A stretch of DNA of 61,948 bases, counting the filler, from Nemertoderma westbladi (Eukaryota; Animalia; Xenacoelomorpha), in the NCBI GenBank assembly GCA_032718475.1. It is 3 parts of 3 records of this genome, joined end to end, with 100 filler letters (N's around TTAATTAATTAA, not from the genome) between each part and the next. Parts side by side here need not be neighbours in the genome. Positions count along the whole stretch, not along the records: positions 1 to 28,807 come from JAUCBJ010002622.1; 2 more parts are not named here. One strand, 5' to 3'. Positions within the stretch are counted from its first letter, which is position 1, and the number at the start of each line of letters is the position of its first letter. The position numbers and the translations under genes are program-made. This document shows, piece after piece, positions 1 to 11,283 of this stretch. Under the pieces are notes generated by a model that saw only the letters and a program-made list of their open reading frames with translations, was not told the DNA's origin and made no database searches.

Positions 1-689
1 GGAGCGCTTTCAGTGAAGTGTTACGTATAGGACACTAAAACAAATAATTCTAATTTACCTAAGTTACTTAATACTACAAATTACGTACAATTCGGGTGAG
101 ATTACAATCTCTAAATAAATGCAAAAATTTACAAAAACGCAAATACGAATTTTTAGGGTAATTTTACAAGAAGTCTACAAACCAGCCTAACAAAGGGTTA
201 GAAAACTGATTATTACAGCGGACAGGGTACTACGGTATTTGAAATAATAAGTAGTAGTAAATACACTGCGTTGTCTAGATAGGAAAATACCACCGCCTGA
301 CGACCTATAGCCGTATCGCTATAGGTTCTACGTTATGTATCACGGAGTGTTCCTACCTAGAAGTTAATAGAGCTAATCGAATGTGCCTATCAACCACTTT
401 ACAACACAAATATAATGCCTACAATAATTACTTCGGAAAGTACCGTACACTAAACCCTAAATTAGGTACGAGTACTTGTATAACAGATAATCAGTAATTA
501 AATATACTTGAACAGCTAAAAGAACCACGGCATCTGCTGGAGTGACCGATGCACAAAATCACCAGTCTTTACCTACGCCGAGCAGCCCGTGTAGTACCGG
601 GGTTAATTTAACTATAACGGTATGTATAACAAACACAATTACTGTAGGAATAAACTTGGGGAATGAATGTTGCGGATAATCGCATAAAC

Positions 690-1265
690 TCTGAATAATA
701 AATATTACGCTACGCGTACAAACTACTCAAACAAAATACAGACCGAACACTGACAGACTACTATCAAGTCTAAACAAACTACGGTATATGCAGACTCCGA
801 AATGATTAGGGAGTATGCGCTCTAACCCAGTAGTGCGACTTATTCTTTAGTTGGGGGATTACCTTACAGCGTTCGCTGCCCCTACTGCCTAATCGTACTT
901 AATCGGACAGATGATCTACACACGCGGCAATCCGTTCAGACCTAATAACAGCCAGACAACTATCCAGCCTACAAATTATTTAAATAAAATTATACGCTAC
1001 CCGTACAGACTTACACAAACAAAGTACAGACTAAACGATGGCAGACTACTCTCAAGCCTAAATAAACCACAGGACATGCAGACTCCGAAATGATTAGGGA
1101 GTATGCGCTCTAACCCAGTAGTGCGACTTATTCTTTAGTTGGGGGTTTACCCTACCGCATTGGCTGCCCCTACTTCCTAACCGTACTTAATCGGACAAGT
1201 GCTCTACACACACTGCAATTCGTTCGGACTTAACAGCAATCAGACAACAGCTCAGCCTACAAATC
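690..1265. repeat. Diverged tandem duplication, ~288-bp unit (2 copies)
   Basis: ATGCAGACTCCGAAATGATTAGGGAGTATGCGCTCTAACCCAGTAGTGCGACTTATTCTTTAGTTGGGG occurs at 788 and 1076, with alignable flanks on both sides; boundaries approximate. Confidence 0.9.
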
Positions 1266-1559
1266 GTCTGTACAATCTGATCAGGCTTACACGCCTTCTG
1301 TTCAATACTGGCCTACAAATAAATAAAACTTGACAGAAATAAGTAAAATCTCAATAAAAAATCAGGGCGGCCGTTCCCTGATTAAGTACTAAGACCTACC
1401 GGTATACAACTATCAAAATCGAATAATACTGCTGTACCTGTACTGCTGTAGGTACCGGTCCGGGTGGTTAGGTAGTCAGGCCTACTGACCTACAGATGTA
1501 CCGGTTGACCGGTACTTTCAACTTTATTGCTTACTGCAATAAGAAGCAATATCCTTTAA

Positions 1560-2793
1560 TGTTCGCGCTTTCAGACCTTTGGCAGTTTAACCCACCAAAT
1601 TAAGATGTCTTCTAGATATTAAATCAGTTTTTAGTCTTTGACAAGTATTTGATTCACTACACTAGTCGAAACCAATCCGTGCGCGACCATTCACCCGCTG
1701 GATATTCCCGGGAGATTGGGTTCGACGGTTTAATTTTATTGCTATGTAAGCCTAATGTATTATTCGACTGACAGTATTATATAATCTCTGACAATATTAT
1801 TCACCTTCGGGAATATTAACAGTTCCTTTAGGACGTGGCGCTTTATCTATATAAACAGAGTTATGACTTAAACTACTCACAACGATATGGCTTAATTATA
1901 ATTCACATATATGGCGCATTCTTTAGGAATTGCTTCTTTAACAGACTCACTCATACACAATGCTGCACAATACTGCACACTAATCTGCCAATCTTCACTG
2001 ATTTTAGTCACATATAAAAGGAACACAGACTGAATCATGTAGGGTCTATCAAATAACATTAGATTCACTTCAAACCACTTTAACATAAGTCACAATCGTT
2101 TATCTGTAACCCTTCTCTCTTACCTTCGGTATATCAAGAATATTGGGTTTCGGGGTTGTTTATCGTTATTCCAAATATAATTATTCATCAACCATATTAT
2201 GAAGAACTGACGGTAAATAGCAGTATAACAATATAAAGGTATGCACAATGTTACACAGTATGCAGTGTATGCAGTACTGCAGTATGCAGACATCAGTCAT
2301 CAGTATGCAGTGATTCCATGAGTCAGGTAGGTGCGTTAAAGGATATATGCCCTTTATAATTAAACCTACTAGTGTAAGACTAAAAACTAAAACACGGAGG
2401 TGCCAAAGCCGGTTCTTAGGCTCTGGACAAAAACATAACACTGAACTACTGAGTTTCTGTATATACCTCCAACACACAGATCACAAACGCTCTGATTGGT
2501 CAACATGAACAACGAGAGAACAGAGAAACAAAGAAACGTCGACGTGGCAATATCAGCTGCTAGCCGTCGTCATGGTAGCGACACTGTTTTCAAGAGTATC
2601 GAGCTTTTACGTCACGGAATTACGGATTATGTCCTCTAAAGTACAAATACAGAAGAAATAGCTTTTATGTCCGCTAAAACACCAGTACAGCAAGGACACG
2701 GCCTTTTTATGCCTGGTAAACCAACTACAGTACAGAGTACTTTACGGGAAAAATAAGGAAAAATAACCGGACAATTCAGTAAAAGCTTTTACA
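1560..2793 (-). mobile_element. Unclassified dispersed repeat, copy 1 (possible long LTR; terminus reads TGTAAAAGCTTTT on the minus strand)
   Basis: Aligns by eye to 3885-4797 (shared ATAATCTCTGACAA...AATATTAACAGTTCCTTT...AGAGTTATGACT...ATGGCGCATTCTTTAGG) and in reverse to 28908-29215; copies 1 and 2 both end AAAAGCTTTTACA; left boundary uncertain. Confidence 0.6.
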
Positions 2794-3651
2794 GCCAGGG
2801 GGGTTGCGTTGGTGCCTCGAAGCCGATGTAGATTCGTGGATGTGTGGTTTGTTGTAATAATAACCAGAATCCATGGGGCGTTGTTTATAATGCGGTTTAT
2901 ATGAATGTTTGCCAGATTTGCTGTGTTTCCCTGAATAGTTGGATTGGTTTGGTCGATGGAAACGGTTATATTTCCTTCCGCCGTAATATGCTTCTTCTGT
3001 TTCAGAGTCGGAAGAATAACTGGAAGAGTAATACTCAGCCGCAGCAAGTGCTTCCTCGGTTTTAAATTCTGTTTTGATTTTAGCAGAGTCGCGGGGAATT
3101 ATTGGTTGTTCATTAGTCGCAGGCAAGGCCTCAGTGAGGTCTTTGTGGATCTTTAAGATCTGGGACTTCATATCTTTGAATTTTATTTCAGTACAAGTGG
3201 CCAAGGCAAGTTGGTGATCACTGTGTGGAAGATTAGCAGATTCGAGTAGTTGGAAAGCTTGTACTTCTTCAGGTAATGGCATTCCATGTCTTTTGCAGTC
3301 ATTGTAATTTTTCTCGTATTTCATAAGGAAATCTCGCATAGAACAATCTGATGGCCGATAGTAACGTACAAATGTGCGGTAGGCTGTGAAGGCCTGCAGG
3401 GATTTGTCTGCCTCAAAGTATTCATCGAGTTTCTTCATGATGTTTTCAACTCCGTTGACACAGGCAACTACCTCAAATGGCATATCACTGACTGGAACTT
3501 CCGCTTTACCCTTTATTGCGTTTGCAAGTTCTGCACCCTGCTTAGCTGCGGAATCTTCCGATGTGAACTGCCACAGTTTTACTTTATTCTTCCATATTCT
3601 GTAGTCAATATCATCGTGCAGTGTTGGGGCTGGTCGGTACCGTGTCGTCAT
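2794..3651 (-). pseudogene. Ty1/Copia (GalEa-like) gag, 3'-truncated just before the zinc knuckle
   Basis: Motifs YRIWKNKVKLW, KQGAELANAIKGKA, LDEYFEAD, AYRTFVRYYR, LPEEVQAFQLLESANL resemble GalEa-clade gag; homology stops at RNPPG where another repeat abuts; ATG at 3651. Confidence 0.75.
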
Positions 3652-3752
3652 CGTATACCGGATCGCCAAACGGAAGTGAACCTTTAACTCTCAGCACTAG
3701 CAATGTATTATAGCAGATAATTTTTAATTATGTCCCAGATTAGCCCGTACCA

Positions 3753-3884
3753 TGTTAATATAATAAGATGATCGTATATCATATAATACGTATATCAGTA
3801 TATTGCAGTATAGTTACATAGGCAGTCAGACAGTGCTATGCTGAGGTACGGATCCTTCTACTATAACATACTACATACTCAACA
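3753..3884 (-). mobile_element. Short 5' LTR (132 bp) of the Copia element, followed by a PBS-like TGG
   Basis: Minus strand reads TGTTGA...TTAACA, immediately followed by TGGTACGGGC, ~100 nt upstream of the gag ATG; no second LTR in the window. Confidence 0.6.
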
Positions 3885-4797
3885 CCCTCAACCAGTACCG
3901 GTACAACATCAGGACAGTATCTCGCGTATAACTTCAGTCAATAGGGTCGGTTCCTAGTAGTACAGTATCTCGTATTTGATCCATACAGTAGATTATTCAC
4001 AGTATGACCCACGGTGTGGGAGACTGGATTCGGGTTCCCGAGGAAGTTATTGCGGTGTAGGCTACTTTGTATTATTCGATTGATCGCTACTATATAATCT
4101 CTGACAACTATATTTACTTTCGGGGAAATATTAACAGTTCCTTTGGGGCGTAGCGCTTTAAGTATCACTCAGAGTTATGACTGACACTAATTACAACGAG
4201 TGGCATTGAGATAACGCAAATGGCGCATTCTTTAGGCAATGAGATAACGCAAATGGCGCATTCTTTAGGAATGCTTTATTAACCTTCACACTCAATTTCT
4301 GTACCAATATTCACACTGATCCGCCGACTGTCACCGATTTTAGTCATATATATATGGAGTATTGCAATTCACATACATTGGGGTTATGAAATAGCATTCA
4401 ATTCATACAGACCACTATAAATTGAGCCACAATTGCTACTGATACACCCTTCTGCTTACCTCAGTAATTAAGAAAGTTAAGGGGGATTAAGGGGGATCGC
4501 CTGATGTTTCCAGGCGAAGTCAGAACAGCCAGAAAATCAGAATGAATGAATTCTGAGAAATTTGCCGCACTGCGTCATTTTACATAGGCTACAGAGCACA
4601 GGTAAAGGGAGATCGCGCTGATTGGCTGAAATATGTCAACAAATAACACAAGTCCTACGCACAAAGAATCAGCTGGTAGATTTCGTAATCTCAGCTCTGA
4701 GTTTGAACAGACGCGTAGTTGCATAAGTTTATAAGTCCTTTAGAGTATTTCAGCGCATTGCTCAAAATGACTTATTTTGTCCGCAAAAGCTTTTACA
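3885..4797 (-). mobile_element. Unclassified dispersed repeat, copy 2 (same family as 1560-2793)
   Basis: Shared blocks with copy 1; internal 33-bp tandem duplication at 4202-4269; ends AAAAGCTTTTACA at 4797. Confidence 0.6.
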
Positions 4798-5047
4798 CCC
4801 AACCCTGTACTAACCTAAGTTGTAATACTGCAAAATACTGAAAATAACCAATACACTGACTGACAAGAAAAATAACCACCATACAGTAACTTAAAGTATA
4901 TTATAGCATGAAAGCAGTAGAATACAAAAACACTACATGAGACCACAACTACAGTACTAAACATACAGTATAATACAAACAATTGGCACAATCACAGAAA
5001 GAAAAAATACACATTCACCCACACATACACACAATGTACTACAAATA

Positions 5048-5586
5048 TTAGTTCATATATTTTTGTAATGCCCCTACACTTAAATGGTCAACGTCCACCG
5101 ATGTCCTTTTATTAATAGCTTTGTCCCCTAATAATCGGATATTAAGACTTTCTAAGATTTTTCTCCTACGTAACTGGGTTTGTCTATCTATGACTTCGGC
5201 TAACTCAAAACTTGGCACATGACCAGTATCCACATGGTGAGCTGCTAGATCCGATGCTTTGTACCTTTCGTGTCTTACGTCACTGTCAAGTTGCGTTAAA
5301 CGGATATCCATACTGTATTTAGTTTCACTATATATGTTAGCCCACATTCGCATGGGATCCTATATACTACGCCCCTATGATCTGTCACCGGTTTATGACC
5401 TTTTAGCAGAAAAGATGCCAACTTCCGCCTCGGTACAAAGTAAGTTTCCACCCCATAGAGAGCGCTGAGTTTTTCCAAACTTTCAGTGAGGCCCTCCTCA
5501 TATGGGAAACCAAGTCTTATGTCAATTTTGTCCTTGGGTGGTACAGGTGTAGGTTGGTCGAATTGGCACTGTCGCAGTAGATCCAT
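5048..5586 (-). pseudogene. Penelope-like element, GIY-YIG endonuclease region (frameshifted)
   Basis: GVVYRIPCECGLTYI then, in another frame, SDLAAHHVDTGH...RRKILESLNI: typical PLE C-terminal layout. Confidence 0.8.
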
Positions 5587-5589
5587 GGC

Positions 5590-5860
5590 GATGTTCAGGA
5601 AGGATGGAGACAGGCATTAAAATCATCCAAGAAAGATAAGAATGCATGCTGATCCACTCCATCAGTAGCTTCTTGTAGCTGTGATAGAAATTGTCGACCT
5701 CCTCTACTGGGGCAACACTAGTTGGAGAGTAGCACACAATCAGAACCACCTTAGGAAACTTCTTAGCCAGTCTTCCAGAACATGATTGGTGGCAACAGAT
5801 GATGTGGCAGTTGGATTCATCAATAGAGCTGAGGCGAGGGCAAGTCGCCAACCACCCCAT
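5590..5860 (-). pseudogene. RTE-like APE endonuclease fragment
   Basis: PKVVLIVCYSPTSVAPVEEVDNFY resembles the APE segment at 55545-56060 (PKTTVICCCSPTN). Confidence 0.55.
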
Positions 5861-6345
5861 ATCTGTATCTGGATCTCATCAGTCTCCCCAGTGTGCATTC
5901 GGTGCTCTTGTACACACCTTGCGCTATGGCCAAGTTTGTCTGCATATATTGCTTTATATTGAACATATTGAAGACTACATTGAACATCTAAATAGTTATT
6001 TTCTATAAATTACTTACTATTCTTTAATTTTCTAGAAAACAATTATATTGGATTAAATACGTAATTGTTTACCAAATTGTATTGCGGCATGATAGATGGA
6101 GGTAACAAAACGAGTATATAATCTTGAATGAAAATTCTATGATTATAGCAATATATAATATATTAATTATTAGTTAACTTTACCCAACACTAAGTGCGCA
6201 GTACAAATATCGTAATAAATATAACCTCGAGTTTAAAAAACCTCAGCGAATATATTTATTTATATTTATATATTTATTAGAGTTTCTTTGAAACTAATTA
6301 TTAAGACTTTTTATTTTACTTTGTACTTTTCTTAATATATTTTAG

Positions 6346-6596
6346 TGGTTACTTCGAAGCACGTGAGCCAAAGGCGGATGAGTTTAGCTGCCGGTTTGAG
6401 TGCGACCATGGCTAATCCTGAAGTGATTCTAGGAATGGAACCTGTCAGGGCTGAGTTAGCAGAGGAAGACATGGCGTTCGTAGATGGGCCGTCATCATCT
6501 ACTGGTGGAAACAACTATGATATTGTAAAGATTAGGAAATCTCTTGACAATATAACTAACACAATGAACTCTTTCGAAAAGGATAACGAAGAGAAG
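6346..6596 (+). CDS. Cys-loop (nicotinic acetylcholine receptor-like) subunit, penultimate coding exon (M3-M4 loop and MA helix)
   Basis: Pyrimidine-rich TTTTAG acceptor ending 6345; AAG|GTATGT donor at 6597; open frame ending IRKSLDNITNTMNSFEKDNEEK joins in phase 0 to the exon at 11155. Confidence 0.75.
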
Positions 6597-7134
6597 GTAT
6601 GTCGTTGAAATACAACGCATTTGGCACTCGCTTTACTCATATAGCGCTTCTACTCGCTTTAATCATTGTTTGCTTGAGAATCCTGCCAATTTATGTGAAG
6701 AGCTTTATTAGTTGTAGATTGATAGTTGAAATAAAGTGGTCAGAAACGATGCTTGGAAATGATTAACGACTTCAACCCCATATGTCATTTCATTGTTTAT
6801 TGATTAATACTGTAATCACCATCTTTTGTTCAATAAAACTGGTTGGTAGCAAGAGCTCTAAGCCACCACTTTCAAACATTTTTTTAGTTTTTTTTTATTG
6901 TTTACTTTATAAACTTTTTCAATACCTCTTCGTTACCAAATGATGTAACGTTAGGTGAGTTAATAAATTTTATTTGCATACTAATCCTGAATTAGGAGAA
7001 AGAGGGATAGTTCAGTTTATGGAGGGCCTGGCTTACAATCTATTGGTTGTAAGGTTAGCACCGTTAGGGTAGAATCAGCCTTACATGGGTCGATAAAATG
7101 AGGATCAGTTGAATTACTGGGAACAAAATTTGGG

Positions 7135-10100
7135 CTAGGAGTAGCGCCCACCCCTACCTTCGGGTGGCAGATAGGAGTAGCGCCCACCCCTACCTTCGGG
7201 TAGCAGATAGGAGTAGCGCCCACCCCTACCTTCGGGTGGCAGATAGGAGTAGCGCCCACCCCTACCTTCGGGTAGCAGATAGGAGTAGCGCCCACACCAA
7301 CCTTCGGGTAGCAGATAGGAGTAGCGCCCACCCCTACCTTCGGGTGGCAGATAGGAGTAGCGCTCACCCCTACCCTCGGGTAGCAGATAGGAGTAGCGCC
7401 CACCCCTACCCTCGGGTAGCAGATAGGAGTAGCGCCCACCCCTACCTTCGGGTAGCAGATAGGAGTAGCGCCCACCCCTACATTCGGGTAGCAGATAGGA
7501 TTAGCGCCCACCCCTACCTTCGGGTAGCAGATAGGAGTAGCGCCCACCCCTACCTTTGGGTAGCAGATAGGAGTAGCTCCCACCCCTACCTTCGGGTAGC
7601 AGATAGGAGTAGCGCACACCCCTACCTTTGGGTAGCAGATAGGAGTAGCGCCCACCCCTACCTTCGGGTAGCAGATAGGAGTAGCGCCCACCCCTACCTT
7701 CGGGTAGCAGATAGGAGTAGCGCCCACCCCTACCTTCGGGTAGCAGATAGGAGTAGCGCCCACCCCTACCTTCGGGTAGCAGATAGGAGTAGCGCCCACC
7801 CCTACCTTCGGGTAGCAGATAGGAGTAGCGCCCACCCCTACCTTTGGGTAGCAGATAGGAGTAGCGCCCACCCCTACCTTCGGGTAGCAGATAGGAGTAG
7901 CGCCCACCCCTACCTTTGGGTAGCAGATAGGAGTAGCGCCCACCCCTACCTTCGGGTAGCAGATAGGAGTAGCGCCCACCCCTACCTTTGGGTAGCAGAT
8001 AGGAGTAGCGCCCACCCCTACCTTCGGGTGGCAGATAGGAGTAGCGCCCACCCCTACCTTTGGGTAGCAGATAGGAGTAGCGCCCACCCCTACCTTCGGG
8101 TAGCAGATAGGAGTAGCGCCCACCCCTACCTTCGGGTGGCAGATAGGAGTAGCGCCCACCCCTACCTTTGGGTAGTAGATATGAGTAGCGCCCACCCCTA
8201 CCTTTGGGTAGCAGATAGGAGTAGCGCCCACCCCTACCTTCGGGTAGCAGATAGGAGTAGCGCCCACCCCTACCTTCGGGTAGCAGATAGGAGTAGCGCC
8301 CACCCCTACCTTTGGGTAGCAGATAGGAGTAGCGCCCACCCCTACCTTCGGGTAGCAGATAGGAGTAGCGCCCACCCCTACCTTTGGGTAGCAGATAGGA
8401 GTAGCGCCCACCCCTACCTTTGGGTAGCAGATAGGAGTAGCGCCCACCCCTACCTTTGGGTAGCAGATAGGAGTAGCGCCCACCCCTACCTTTGGGTAGC
8501 AGATAGGAGTAGCGCCCACCCCTACCTTTGGGTAGCAGATAGGAGTAGCTCCCACCCCTACCTTCGGGTAGCAGATAGGAGTAGCGCCCACCCCTACCTT
8601 CGGGTGGCAGATAGGAGTAGCGCCCACTCCTACCTTCGGGTAGCAGATAGGATTAGCGCCCACCCCTACCTTCGGGTAGCAGATAGGAGTAGCGCCCACC
8701 CCTACCTTTGGGTAGCAGATAGGAGTAGCGCCACCCCTACCTTCGGGTAGCAGATAGGAGTAGCGCCCACCCCTACCTTCGGGTAGCAGATAGGAGTAGT
8801 GCCCACCCCTACCTTTGGGTAGCAGATAAGAGTAGCGCCCACCCCTACCTTCGGGTGGCAGATAGGAGTAGCGCCCACCCCTACCTTTGGGTATCAGATA
8901 GGAGTACAGTAGCTCCCACCCCTACCTTCGGGTAGCAGATAAGAGTAGCGCCCACCCCTACCTTCGGGTGGCAGATAGGAGTAGCGCCCACCCGTACCCT
9001 CTGGTAGCAGATAGGAGTAGCGCCCACCCCTACCTTCGGGTAGCAGATAGGATTAGCGCCCACCCCTACCTTCGGGTAGCAGATAGGAGTAGCGCCCACC
9101 CCTACCTTTGGGTAGCAGATAGGAGTAGCGCCACCCCTACCTTCGGGTAGCAGATAGGAGTAGCGCCCACCCCTACCTTTGGGTAGCATATAGGAATAGC
9201 GCCCACCCCTGCCTTTGGGTAGCAGATAGGAGTAGCGCCCACCCCTACCTTCGGGTAGCAGTTAGGAGTAGCGTCCACCCCTACCTTCGGGTAGCAGATA
9301 GGAGTAGGGCCCACCCCTACCTTTGGGTAGCAGATAGGAATAGCGCCCACCCCTGCCTTTGGGTAGCAGATAGAAGTAGCGCCCACCCCTACCTTCGGGT
9401 AGCAGATAGGAGTAGCGCCCACACGTAACCTCGGGTAGCAGATAGGAGTAGCGCTCACCCCTATTTTTGGGTAGTAGATAGGAGTAGCGCCCACCCCTAC
9501 CTTTGGGTAGCAGATAGGAGTAGCTCCCACCCCTACCTTCGGGTTGCAGATAGGAGTAGCGCTCACCCCTATTTTTGGGTAGTAGATAGGAGTAGCGCCC
9601 ACCCCTACCTTTGGGTAGCAGATAGGAGTAGCTCCCACCCCTACCTTCGGGTAGCAGATAGGAGTAGGGCCCACCCCTACCTTTGGGTAGCACATAAGAG
9701 TAGCGCCCACCCCTACCTTCGGGTAGCAGATAGGAGTAGCGCCCACCCGTACCCTCGGGTAGCAGATAGGAGTAGCGCCCACCCCTACCTTCGGGTAGCA
9801 GATAGGAGTAGCGCCCACCCCTACCTTCGGGTAGCAGATAGGAGTAGCGTCCACCCCTACCCTCGGGTAGCAGATAGGAGAAGGGCCCACCCCTACCTTT
9901 GGGTAGCATATAGGAATAGCGCCCACCCCTGCCTTTGGGTAGCAGATAGAAGTAGCGCCCACCCCTACCTTCGTGTAGCAGATAGGAGTAGCGCCCACCC
10001 GTAACCTCGGGTAGCAGATAGGAGTAGCGCCCACCCCTACCTTCGGGTTGCAGATAGGAGTAGCGCTCACCCCTATTTTTGGGTAGTAGATAGGAGTAGC

Positions 10101-10780
10101 GCCCACCCATACCTTTGGGTAGCAGATAGGAGTAGCTCCCACCCCTACCTTCGGGTAGCAGATAGGAGTAGCGCCCACCCCTACCTTCGCTTCGGGTAGC
10201 AGATAGGAGTAGCGCCCACCCCTACCCTCGGGTAGCAGATAGGAGTAGCTCCCACCCCTACCTTCGGGTAGCAGATAGGAGTAGCGCCCACCCCTACCTT
10301 TGGGTAGCACATAAGAGTAGGTCCCACCCCTACCCTCGGGTAGCAGATAGGAGTAGCGCCCACCCGTACCCTCAGGTAGCAGATAGGAGTAGCGCCCACC
10401 CCTACCTTCGGGTAGCAGATAGGAGTAGCGCCCACCCCTACCTTTGGGTAGCAGATAGGAGTAGCGCCACCCCTACCTTCGGGTAGCAGATAGGAGTAGC
10501 GCCCACCCCTACCTTCGCTTCGGGTAGCAGATAGGAGTAGCGCCCACCCCTACCCTCGGGTAGCAGATAGGAGTAGCGCCCACCCCTACCTTCGGGTAGC
10601 AGATAGGAGTAGCGCCCACTCCTACCTTTGGGCAGCAGATAGGAGTAGCGCCCACCCCTACCATTGGGCAGCAGATAGGAGTAGCGCCCACCCCTACCTT
10701 CGGGTAGCAGATAGGAGTAGCGCCCACCCCTACCTTTGGGCAGCAGATAGGAGTAGCGCCCACCCTACCTTTGGGGTAGC
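7135..10780. repeat. Intronic 36-bp minisatellite, ~100 copies (AGCGCCCACCCCTACCTTCGGGTAGCAGATAGGAGT)
   Basis: Directly visible period-36 array; accounts for the long repetitive ORFs on both strands. Confidence 0.98.
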
Positions 10781-11154
10781 CTCCGGTTTCGGCCGACTGC
10801 TTGCTTTTTTTAATCTCAAATAGGTTTGGTGCGCAAAAAATTGTTCGGCTAGAAACAATTGAATGAGGGGTAACAAGGTGTCCCGATTCGAGTGGCGGGG
10901 TGTGTTTTTTGTAAAATAACACGGAAACGGTCGAAATAGCGGGTTTAAGTAAGCGGGGGAAGCCAATTTTGAAAATCGACTGCAATTTGACGTCATTTCG
11001 CAATGATCAGATAATTTGTTATCTTGTTTCTATGGAGAGAGACTTTCGATCAATTAAAATACAAATTAAATCTTGATTTCCTGCAGATTCAAATATGCAT
11101 TCGAATCTCAATAATTATTTTTATAAATTTATTTATTATATTCAATTATTATAG

Positions 11155-11283
11155 GAACGATGGCAGATGGTAGCTAGGATCATAGACAGATTGTTTATGT
11201 GGATATTCACATTGGCTACGATTTTAATGTGCATTATAATGCTGGTCAATATTCAGTCTGAAGATCATGATGACACAGAATGA
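11155..11283 (+). CDS. Cys-loop (nicotinic acetylcholine receptor-like) subunit, last coding exon (M4 helix)
   Basis: TAG acceptor at 11152-11154; translates ERWQMVARIIDRLFMWIFTLATILMCIIMLVNIQSEDHDDTE*, matching the nAChR W-x-x-VA-x-(V/I)-(I/L)-DR-x-F-x-W-x-F M4 signature. Confidence 0.88.
   Translation, partial: ERWQMVARIIDRLFMWIFTLATILMCIIMLVNIQSEDHDDTE

Noticed and set aside
7135-10780. CRISPR array (36-bp hairpin repeat)
   Set aside because: Units are contiguous with no unique spacers, no cas genes, eukaryotic context; no hammerhead core (CUGANGA...GAAA) seen either
7017-11003. Long repetitive ORFs (VGVGATPICYPK)n, (ADRSSAHPYLRV)n, (GRGGRYSYLLPE)n
   Set aside because: By-products of a stop-free 36-bp unit; open on both strands, broken by indels, mostly non-ATG starts, and located inside an intron
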